This document shows positions 8,250-15,954 of a stretch of 38,800 nucleotides of DNA, one piece after another (position 1 is the stretch's first letter; each line of letters begins with the position of its first letter). The translations under genes were made by a program, and so were the position numbers. The notes below the pieces were generated by a model. The model was given only the letters and a program-made list of their open reading frames with translations. It was not told the DNA's origin and searched no databases. The stretch comes from Chloroflexota bacterium (GTDB lineage: Bacteria > Chloroflexota > Dehalococcoidia > Lucifugimonadales > UBA3495), in contig JAPPJA010000422.1 in assembly GCA_028874675.1 (NCBI GenBank), positions 1 through 38,800 of the forward strand, read 5' to 3'.

Positions 8250-9425
8250 CTAGAGGGTTTCGAGGACGCGGGCGATGCGTTCAACGCCTTCCAGCAACCG
8301 GTCCGCCGGGGAGCGCATGAGGGCAATGCGGAAGTGGCCCTCGCCGCTTTCGCCGAAGCCCGCTCCCGGGGTTACGACCACGCCCTCCCGCTCCACCAGC
8401 AGGTCCGCCAGTTCGGCTGAGGTCAGGTCCGCCGAGTAACGGGGGAAAAGGAAGGTGGCCCCTTCGGGCAAGGGGCAATGGACGCCAGGGACCTGGTAAA
8501 GGCGGTCGGCGCTCCTGATGCGCAGTTCGTTGCAGTCCTCGCGCCACCGGGCCACGTGGTCCTGCGGCCCCTGCAGGGCGGCCACCCCGGCCATCTGCAC
8601 AAAGGGGGAGACAAAGCTGGCTGTCTGTTCCTGGACCTTCAGCAGCGGGTCCAGCAGGTCGGACTGGGCCACAATGCACCCCAGCCGCCAGCCGGCCATG
8701 GAGTAGGCCTTGGTGAAGGTGTAGCTGGTCAGGGTCCGCTCGGCCATGCCGTCCAGGGTGGCAATGGTCAGGTGGCTGCTGGAATCGTAGGTGAAATACT
8801 CGTAGGTCTCGTCGCAGACCACCAGCAGGTCGTGCTCCTGCGCCACCCGGGCCACTGCCTCCAGTTCCTCCCGGGTATAGACCCGCCCCGTGGGGTTGTT
8901 GGGGTTGTTGATGATGATCATCCTGGTCTGGGGGGTGACGTGCTCCTTCAGCTGCTCGTAGCTGATGTAGTATTCCTCCTCCGCGCTGAGGGGTACTGCT
9001 ACGGGCGTCCCTTCCGCCATCTCCACCTGCTGGCGGAAGCTGACCCAGGTCGGCTCCAGCACCAGCACCTCGTCGCCCCGTTCGATGTAGGCGTTGATGG
9101 CGTCGTACAGGCCCATCTTGCTGCCGGGGGTCACCAGTATGTCCGTGTCGGGGTCCACGGTGCGGCCGTTGCGGATCCGCAGCTTTTCGGCCATGGCCTG
9201 CCGCCACTCGGGCAGGCCCCGGGAAGAGCTGATGTTGGTCAGACCCTGGTTCAGGGCCTGGATGCCAGCATCTATGATGTGCTGCGGGGTAACGTGGTGG
9301 GGGCTGGACTGGCCCAGGTCAATTACGTCGTAGCCCTGTCTCGCCAGTTGACGGGCTCTTTCTCCGGCGGTAAGGGTGGCCGGCGGCTGCACTCGCTGGA
9401 TGCGAGAGGCGGGAGTGCGGGCCAT
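8250..9425 (-). CDS. Pyridoxal-phosphate-dependent aminotransferase, class I/II (aspartate aminotransferase-like)
   Basis: NPNNPTG motif and the Lys context SYTFTKAYSMAGWRLG. ATG 9425 (MARTPASRIQ...) is preferred over 9443. Confidence 0.85.
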   Translation of the reverse strand: MARTPASRIQRVQPPATLTAGERARQLARQGYDVIDLGQSSPHHVTPQHIIDAGIQALNQGLTNISSSRGLPEWRQAMAEKLRIRNGRTVDPDTDILVTPGSKMGLYDAINAYIERGDEVLVLEPTWVSFRQQVEMAEGTPVAVPLSAEEEYYISYEQLKEHVTPQTRMIIINNPNNPTGRVYTREELEAVARVAQEHDLLVVCDETYEYFTYDSSSHLTIATLDGMAERTLTSYTFTKAYSMAGWRLGCIVAQSDLLDPLLKVQEQTASFVSPFVQMAGVAALQGPQDHVARWREDCNELRIRSADRLYQVPGVHCPLPEGATFLFPRYSADLTSAELADLLVEREGVVVTPGAGFGESGEGHFRIALMRSPADRLLEGVERIARVLETL

Positions 9426-9631
9426 GGTTTCTCTCCTCAACATTGGGGTCGTCGGCTGTGCCGTCGCTCGGTGTTGAGTCTATCACAACCCGCCCGCTGC
9501 CGGACTGCTGGAGCGTCTCCTTAAGGCGCGTTTACGCCACGGCTGGCACAGCTGGGGGGAAACAGAGGAGCAGGCCCTGTGTCCGGCCTGCTCCGGTCCC
9601 AATGCCATCCGCAACTTGACGGAGTCTGTAT

Positions 9632-11131
9632 CTATTCGCCGTAGCCTGGCAACTGGTCGGCGTTCTCCAGCAGGTCCAGCACCAGGGCCGTGACGTCGCC
9701 CAACAGTTGGGGGTTGATGTGCTCCATCGTGTCTTCCGGCGAGTTGATCCGGTGGAGGTCGTCGGCCTGGAAGTAAATGATGGGCACCCAGGCTTCCCGG
9801 AAGGGAAGATGGTCGCTGGCCCCCCGCGCGCTGCCGGTCCTTCCTGCGATGGAAAGGTTTTCCCGCTGCCCCGTCTCCAGCACGTGACTGGCGGCCCACC
9901 GGTCTCCCGAAACGCGCAGGTAAGCGCCGGACCCCACCGAGTCCATGTTAATCATCAGGTAAATGTCGTCCAGGTCGGCTGCGGGCAGGCTTTCCACGTA
10001 GTATTCGCTGCCGTGCAGGCCGGTTTCCTCGGAGCCAAAGGCAATGAACCGCAGGGTGAAGGGGAAGGAACGCCCGGCGACGGCTTCGGCAACGGCCAGC
10101 AGCGCGCCCATGCCGGAGGCATTGTCCGACGCCCCCACGGAGTTGGGCACGGTATCGTAGTGGGCCCCGACCACTATGACTCCCTCGCCGGAGCCGGGAA
10201 TTTCCGCTATCAGGTTGCGGGAGGGAACGGCGTTGTCCTTGACCGCCACCGTCGCCTCGACAGTTTCGCCCTGGTCCAGCAGAGCCTTCAGCGCCTGCCC
10301 ATCGGCCCGGGAAAGGGTGATGGCCGGAATCTGGCTTCGTCCACCCAATGTGCCCCGGAAGGGTCCGGAGACGTTGTTAAAGATTACGGCGGCCACGGCC
10401 CCCTCGCCCGCTACCTGGGCGACTTTGCTGCCGAAGGTAATCTCCCCCCGCTCGATCAGGGCGATCTTGCCCTCCAGTCCTTCGGTCGGCATGTCTTCCG
10501 CCTTGGCCAGGCTCACAAACGCCAGCGGCGCGGAGGCCCGTCCGCTGGCGGTTCCGCTCAGTATGTTGGCGTCCGGCGTCGCATGGTCCGGCGCTTCGGT
10601 GCTGATGCTGGCCGTGGGAGAGTCCCAGGAGAAGTCCTGCACCACGGGTTCATAACCCAGGTCCTCAAGTCGCTGCGCCAGGAATTCCGCTGCTTCCAGC
10701 TCCAGGTCCGTGCCGCTGGTCCGGGGCCCCAGTTCCTCCGCCAGCTCGCTGAGGTAGCTGAACGCCCGGTCCTCCAGCTCGCCAATGTTGTCAAATATGG
10801 CCTTGCTGGCCGCGGGCGGCTCTTCCTCCACGGGCTCCGTAACTGGTTCCGTAACCGGCGCATTGGCCTCAACCATTGGCTGGGGGTTTTCGGTCGGTAT
10901 TGCCGGGGCTGCCCGTGTCGCCGCGGGAGCTGCAGTTGGAGGACTCTGCTGCGGCGCGACTGTGGGTTGCGCTGTCGGAGCGGCGGCGGCTTCCCGTACC
11001 TGCTCAGCCGGCGAGGCTGTCTCCGGCGTGGCCGTGGGCGCCCCGGGGAAGCAGGCGGCGGCGCCCACCCACAACAGGACCAGAACGGCGGCGAGGATGA
11101 AGGGGTGGACTTTACGGGAAACAGCGCTCAT
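9632..11131 (-). CDS. M28 family zinc aminopeptidase with PA domain, secreted or membrane-anchored
   Basis: Signal/anchor, a Pro/Ala/Thr-rich linker, then HYDTV, DNASG, FGSEE(TGLHGS) and the MDSVG...SDH metal-ligand pattern of M28. The start is ambiguous (11131 or 11164). Confidence 0.8.
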   Translation of the reverse strand: MSAVSRKVHPFILAAVLVLLWVGAAACFPGAPTATPETASPAEQVREAAAAPTAQPTVAPQQSPPTAAPAATRAAPAIPTENPQPMVEANAPVTEPVTEPVEEEPPAASKAIFDNIGELEDRAFSYLSELAEELGPRTSGTDLELEAAEFLAQRLEDLGYEPVVQDFSWDSPTASISTEAPDHATPDANILSGTASGRASAPLAFVSLAKAEDMPTEGLEGKIALIERGEITFGSKVAQVAGEGAVAAVIFNNVSGPFRGTLGGRSQIPAITLSRADGQALKALLDQGETVEATVAVKDNAVPSRNLIAEIPGSGEGVIVVGAHYDTVPNSVGASDNASGMGALLAVAEAVAGRSFPFTLRFIAFGSEETGLHGSEYYVESLPAADLDDIYLMINMDSVGSGAYLRVSGDRWAASHVLETGQRENLSIAGRTGSARGASDHLPFREAWVPIIYFQADDLHRINSPEDTMEHINPQLLGDVTALVLDLLENADQLPGYGE

Positions 11132-11311
11132 ACGAATTTTCGCCACTAAAGAGAGATTTACCATCTATACGGCTGGAACGACCTGCAGGATTTGCCCCTC
11201 AGAGGCCGGCGGCGGAAAGAAACCGGGGTCGCCTTGTGCCGGCGATAAAGCTTGCCCCCGCAGTCCGGCGACGGGCGGCGGGGGCAGGCGGACTTACCGG
11301 GGCAGGCGCAA

Positions 11312-12244
11312 TTAAACGTTGCGCAGCTTGGGATCAAGGCGGTCGCGCAGCCAGTCGCCCAGCAGGTTCATGGACAGAACGGACAGCAGAATTGCGGTGC
11401 CGGGCCATACCGTCAGCCACCACGACGTCACCAGCAGTTCCCTGCCGTCGGCCACCATCAGGCCCCAGGCCGGCGTGGGTCGCGGCAGGCCGGCGCCCAG
11501 GAAGCTGAGGGTTGATTCCAGCAGAATAACCTGGCCCACTTCCAGGGTGGCCAGCACGATGATGGTGTTAACAATGTTGGGGAAGACGTGGCGGAAGATT
11601 ATCCGCACGTTGGATGCCCCCGCAACCTTGGCGCGGGCCACAAAGTCCTGGGCCTTGATGCTCAGGGTTTCGCCCCGTACCAGGCGGGCGTAACGCGACC
11701 AGAAAATAGTCACAATTACGATGATTACCGTCTGGAAGCTTGGCCCCAGCACCACCGCCAGGACCAGGGCAAAGAGAATCGCCGGCATGGAGAGGCAGAT
11801 GTCCACCGCCCGCATAACAACGTGGTCTATGTTGCCGCCGAAATAACCGGCGACCATTCCCAGGATGGTGCCAATGGTGCCAGCCAGGAAGATGGATATG
11901 GCCGCTACGGTCAGCGAGACCCGTGCCCCGTAAACGATGCGGCTGAGAATGTCCCTGCCCTGCTTGTCGGTACCCAGGAGATGCTTGGTGGTACCGCCTG
12001 GCGTGGCATAAATGCCTTCCCCTTCGGCTTCAACCCAGAAGGGAGGGGCCAGCCGTTCGCTGAGGCTGCCCACCACCGGGTCGTGGGGAGCAACCCAGCC
12101 CGCGAAGATGGCTGGCAGCACCAGGACAAAAAGCAGGATGGCCACCGGGAAAACCGGGTATCGCCGGGCCGTGCCCAGCGCGCGCCAGACGTTGACCGCG
12201 GTCCTTGCACCCGGAACGTTGCCCCGAACTGCCAAATTTGCCAT
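11312..12244 (-). CDS. ABC transporter permease (DppC/OppC-like)
   Basis: 310 aa, multi-TM, BPD_transp_1-type EAA region, N-terminal OppC_N-like segment (LLGTDKQGRDILSRIVYGAR). Confidence 0.85.
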   Translation of the reverse strand: MANLAVRGNVPGARTAVNVWRALGTARRYPVFPVAILLFVLVLPAIFAGWVAPHDPVVGSLSERLAPPFWVEAEGEGIYATPGGTTKHLLGTDKQGRDILSRIVYGARVSLTVAAISIFLAGTIGTILGMVAGYFGGNIDHVVMRAVDICLSMPAILFALVLAVVLGPSFQTVIIVIVTIFWSRYARLVRGETLSIKAQDFVARAKVAGASNVRIIFRHVFPNIVNTIIVLATLEVGQVILLESTLSFLGAGLPRPTPAWGLMVADGRELLVTSWWLTVWPGTAILLSVLSMNLLGDWLRDRLDPKLRNV

Positions 12245-12277
12245 AGGATCTAACTCTCCTCCGCCTTCGCCGACTCC

Positions 12278-13201
12278 CTAGTGGGTGTAGCGTATGCGCG
12301 GGTCCAGGTATGCGTAGGCAATATCCACCAGCAGGTTGGCTCCAATGTAAATGGCAGCGAAGAAAATCACTACCGACTGGACCACCGAGAAATCCTTGGC
12401 TCTCAATGCGTCGATAGCCAGCAGCCCCACACCGGGCCAGGAGAAGATGGACTCGATTACCACTGAGCCGGTCATGGCGCCGCCCAGGATCAGGCCAAAA
12501 TACGTTATGGGGGCGATGAGGGCGTTGCGGAGGGAGTGCTTCCAGATGACAGTGCTCTCCCGCAGCCCCTTGATGCGCGCCAGCTTTACGTATTCGGTGT
12601 CCAGCACCTCCAGCATGGAGGAGCGGGTCAGCCGCATCAGGGCCGCCACCTGGAAATAACCCAGCGCAATACCGGGCATCAGCAGGTGCTTCCAGGTGCC
12701 CCTGCCCGAAGTGGGCAGCCACTCAAGCTGGACGGCAAACACCCACATCAGCATCAGCGCAATCCAGAAGTTGGGAAGGGACTGGCCCAAAAGGGCAACA
12801 ATTTTGCCGGCAAAATCTATGCCCGTATCTTTCTTTACGGCCACTATGACGCCAAGCGGGACGGCAATTATCGCGCTGACCACCAGGGCAATGGCCGCCA
12901 GTTCCAGGGTTGCGGGAAGCCGTTGCCACAGCAGTTCACGCGCGTCCTGGCCGGCGAACCGGATGGATTCGCCGAACTTGCCGGTGGCAAAGTTGCCGAT
13001 GTAGGTCAGGTACTGGATGTGAAGGGGCTTGTCCAGGCCCCAGTAGGCCCGAACCCTGGCGTAGTCTTCAACAGTGGCATCCACGTCCAGCAGGGTGTCC
13101 AGCGGGTCCCCGGACATGCGGCCCAACCCGAACACAATGATGCTTACCGCCACCAGCGCGATGATCGAGTGGAAGATGCGGACCAATATGAAGCGTTGCA
13201 T
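12278..13201 (-). CDS. ABC transporter permease (DppB/OppB-like)
   Basis: 307 aa. The typical DppB N-terminus MQRFILVRIFHSIIAL, and YVKLARIKGL in the EAA loop. Confidence 0.85.
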   Translation of the reverse strand: MQRFILVRIFHSIIALVAVSIIVFGLGRMSGDPLDTLLDVDATVEDYARVRAYWGLDKPLHIQYLTYIGNFATGKFGESIRFAGQDARELLWQRLPATLELAAIALVVSAIIAVPLGVIVAVKKDTGIDFAGKIVALLGQSLPNFWIALMLMWVFAVQLEWLPTSGRGTWKHLLMPGIALGYFQVAALMRLTRSSMLEVLDTEYVKLARIKGLRESTVIWKHSLRNALIAPITYFGLILGGAMTGSVVIESIFSWPGVGLLAIDALRAKDFSVVQSVVIFFAAIYIGANLLVDIAYAYLDPRIRYTH

Positions 13202-13660
13202 ATCGCTTTTCCTGAAGGCCCCAGGACGGGTCGGCTACTACCTGTACACGCCCGCCCCGGCTATCCGAAACAAGGCAAAACAAAAGGGCCAAGAGTCCTC
13301 AATTTCGCCTGGCCTTGGCGTTTAGGCAATATATTCTACCGATATGGGTATGTCAATACTCGGCATGGCCCGCCGCAACCCCGCTCCACTGAAGGGCTGG
13401 GCAGCCCTTTAGACACGAGTTTCCCGCAAGAGGCCGCTGGCGCTTGCTTTGCCACAGGAACCCCTTTCGGGGAACGGATTAAGGCAAGAATGCCGTAAAT
13501 TACTACGATATACATATAGCAAAAGTTATATTGCACCGAGTAATGCATATGAGTATGGTGTACGATTATACGGCACTATATTCTGAATATATTTATGGTT
13601 TTCGTGATAAATATTCCAAAATATAGTGTCTTAAGTAAGATAATATTAGATTATTGTGTG

Positions 13661-13690
13661 TTGACAATCAACAAAGGCGTAAAATATACT
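13661..13690 (+). promoter_or_regulatory. Sigma70-like promoter, TTGACA-18 nt-TATACT, for SBP paralogue 1
   Basis: TTGACA at 13661-13666 and TATACT at 13685-13690, at the end of a roughly 160-bp AT-rich block. About 95-nt leader to ATG 13791. Confidence 0.55.
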
Positions 13691-13790
13691 GCCCGAAATT
13701 CGTAGAAGGCCGTTCTACCCGACGCGGATTCATACCTGACCACAGTGGCGGACCCTGAACTCGAAGCCCTGAAATTGGGAGGTGATATCC

Positions 13791-15671
13791 ATGGCGCACC
13801 ATTGGTGGAACATACCCAGGTCGGCACTAATTGGTTCCCTGATTCTGGCACTGACTTTCCTGGTGGCCTGCGGCACTGCCGCTCCTGAGGTGGTGGAGAG
13901 GGAGGTCATTAGGGAAGTTCAGGTCGAGGTTCCCAAAGAGGTTGAGGTAGTGAGGCAAGTGGAAGTTCCCGTGGAGGTGGAAAAGGAAGTTCTAAAGGAA
14001 GTGGAGGTGGTCAAGGAGGTCGAGGTACTCAAGGAAATTCCCAAGGAAACCGTGGTAGAGAGAACGGTAATCGCCACTCCCACTCCCATTCCAGCGGTAA
14101 TGGAGCAGGTGGAGGCCAAGGTTGACCGCGTCATCTACGCCCTGGGCGAAGTGCAGGAAACCAACCGGCACTGGACCGTTAGCCGTCCCTCCTACTACCA
14201 GTTTGACCCCTACGCCGAGACCCTGATCGGTCTGGATGCGCAGACCAACGAACGCATTCCGCGTCTGGCAGAAAGCTGGGAGACTACTCCCGACGGCCGG
14301 ACCTGGACGTTCAACCTGGTTGAGGGTGTGCCTTTCCATTACGGTTACGGAGAATTCACCTCCGCCGACGTAATTGCCGCCTTTGACCGTGTGCTGGGTG
14401 ATGACGCTCAGTCTTCCTCAGCCAATACCTTGTTGAGGAACGCGGAGTACAGCGCCATAGACGATTACACCGTGGAGTTGAATTTCCCAACCATTGCCGT
14501 CGACACCGCTGCAATTCTTTCCCGAGGCTTTGGCGGCGGGGAAATCTTGATGCTCAGCAAGAACCAGTTTGATAATGTGGGCGTGGAAGGCTTTGATGAA
14601 CAGCCTGCCGGCACCGGTTCTTATCAATACCTGGGCCGCGAAGTAGGCAAGGGCATCTGGTTTGAAAAGGCCCCCGGCAACCACTGGCGCGGCGAAAATC
14701 CCGATTTCCAGGAAGTAGAACTCCGTTGGGTTCGGGAAGACCTGACTCGCCTGGCCGCCCTGCTGACCGGTGAAATCCACGTAGCCGCCCTCTCCCGGGA
14801 GCTCCAGTTGGAAGCCGGTCGGCGCGGCATGCTGCCAGCGGCCGCCGGTGTACCGACAAACTACCTGAGCCTGTTCCTGGGCGGTCAGTACTATGCCGCA
14901 TTCCAGGAAAGTTACGACCCCAGCGTACCTTGGGCAAGTCCTGAAACCGGCAAGCTGGTCCGCCAGGCCATGAACAAGGCAATTAACCGGCAGGAAATGC
15001 TGGACCACGTCCTGAAGGGCGATGGGGAAATCATGCTCATTACCCAGTATCACCCGGTCCTTGGTGTCTGGAATGATCAGTGGGAAGCGGACTGGGAAGA
15101 GCACTATGGATATGATCCGGACGCAGCCAGGGAACTGATGGCCCAGGCTGGCTACACGCCGGACAACCCCATGCCCTTCACTTCCTACAACTACTTCTCC
15201 GCCGACGAGCCGGAGACCGCGGTAATGCTGGAAGCCCTGATCAACTATTGGGAGCCCGTCGGCATTGATGTAACCCTGCTGGACAGCGAGTGGGGCACGG
15301 TTCGCAGCAACTACCGCGAGCGCACCGACTTTATCAAGAAGGGCGGTTGGGGCAACGTCATCACGATGAGGGCTCTGACTACTCATCTGCGTAATTCCAG
15401 TTCCGCAGGCGGAACTGGCGGCGCTTACCACTCCCAGGTGATTGAAGATAGCTATGCTGCTTTCCAGGCTCTGGACACGGCAGACTGGGACTTCATCAAC
15501 GAGATACTGCTGGAGGTGGGGGACGACCGTTACTACAACTTCGGCGACATTCCTTTCTTCTGGTTCCGTCTGACGGTAATGTTCAACCCTGAGGTGGTAG
15601 AAAGCTGGACTTTCCCAGGTACCGCAGGCTCGAAGACCAGCCACTGGAATCTGCTCAAGGCAGCCCAGTAG
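13791..15671 (+). CDS. ABC transporter substrate-binding lipoprotein, family 5, with (E/K)V-repeat stalk (paralogue 1)
   Basis: ATG 13791 lies 8 nt after GGGAGG. Lipobox LVAC|GT, EV-rich linker, SBP_bac_5-like body. Co-linear with, and highly similar to, the 15955-17835 product. Confidence 0.9.
   Translation: MAHHWWNIPRSALIGSLILALTFLVACGTAAPEVVEREVIREVQVEVPKEVEVVRQVEVPVEVEKEVLKEVEVVKEVEVLKEIPKETVVERTVIATPTPIPAVMEQVEAKVDRVIYALGEVQETNRHWTVSRPSYYQFDPYAETLIGLDAQTNERIPRLAESWETTPDGRTWTFNLVEGVPFHYGYGEFTSADVIAAFDRVLGDDAQSSSANTLLRNAEYSAIDDYTVELNFPTIAVDTAAILSRGFGGGEILMLSKNQFDNVGVEGFDEQPAGTGSYQYLGREVGKGIWFEKAPGNHWRGENPDFQEVELRWVREDLTRLAALLTGEIHVAALSRELQLEAGRRGMLPAAAGVPTNYLSLFLGGQYYAAFQESYDPSVPWASPETGKLVRQAMNKAINRQEMLDHVLKGDGEIMLITQYHPVLGVWNDQWEADWEEHYGYDPDAARELMAQAGYTPDNPMPFTSYNYFSADEPETAVMLEALINYWEPVGIDVTLLDSEWGTVRSNYRERTDFIKKGGWGNVITMRALTTHLRNSSSAGGTGGAYHSQVIEDSYAAFQALDTADWDFINEILLEVGDDRYYNFGDIPFFWFRLTVMFNPEVVESWTFPGTAGSKTSHWNLLKAAQ
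13884..14069 (+). repeat. Purine-rich quasi-hexanucleotide (GARGTN)n tract encoding the (E/K)V-repeat stalk
   Basis: Encodes PEVVEREVIREVQVEVPKEVEVVRQVEVPVEVEKEVLKEVEVVKEVEVLKEIPKETVVERTV. It produces a Thr/Ser-rich shadow ORF on the opposite strand. Confidence 0.8.
15165..15331 (+). repeat. 167-bp tract 100% identical to 17326-17492 (inside SBP paralogue 1)
   Basis: Base-by-base comparison at an offset of 2161 nt. Mismatches lie immediately outside both ends (15164 and 15332), and substitutions are frequent in the flanking coding sequence. Confidence 0.85.
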
Positions 15672-15723
15672 CGATATTCGCGCCAACGACGATCTGCCAG
15701 ATCGCCGTACCGCTTTAGATTTC

Positions 15724-15763
15724 AGACGGCTTACGACATCATTTGCGTAAGCCGTCTTTTATT
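15724..15763 (+). terminator. Rho-independent terminator between the SBP paralogues
   Basis: Perfect 12-bp stem agacggcttacg (15724-15735) / cgtaagccgtct (15746-15757), 10-nt loop, then ttttatt. Confidence 0.8.
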
Positions 15764-15841
15764 GTGTTAATAATCGGATTTTAGGTTTAAATGTCCACTG
15801 TTTCATCCAGAAACTCATCAAATGGAGCGTAATATGTGCTA

Positions 15842-15871
15842 TTGACACCCCAAAAAACGGGGGTCTATACT
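15842..15871 (+). promoter_or_regulatory. Sigma70-like promoter, TTGACA-18 nt-TATACT, for SBP paralogue 2
   Basis: TTGACA at 15842-15847 and TATACT at 15866-15871. Same hexamers and spacing as the promoter at 13661. About 77-nt leader to ATG 15955. Confidence 0.55.
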
Positions 15872-15954
15872 CGGGCAGATTTCCGGGAGGCCAAGGCGTC
15901 TTCGCCCTCCGGAAGCTTGTATCCCAAGTTAAGAATTGGGGAGGTAACTTTATA

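Noticed and set aside
13336-13548. 70-aa minus-strand ORF in the permease/SBP divergent intergenic region.
   Set aside because: It spans the GC-rich to AT-rich transition and has an odd composition (YMYIVVIYG...). There is no RBS, so it is probably non-coding.
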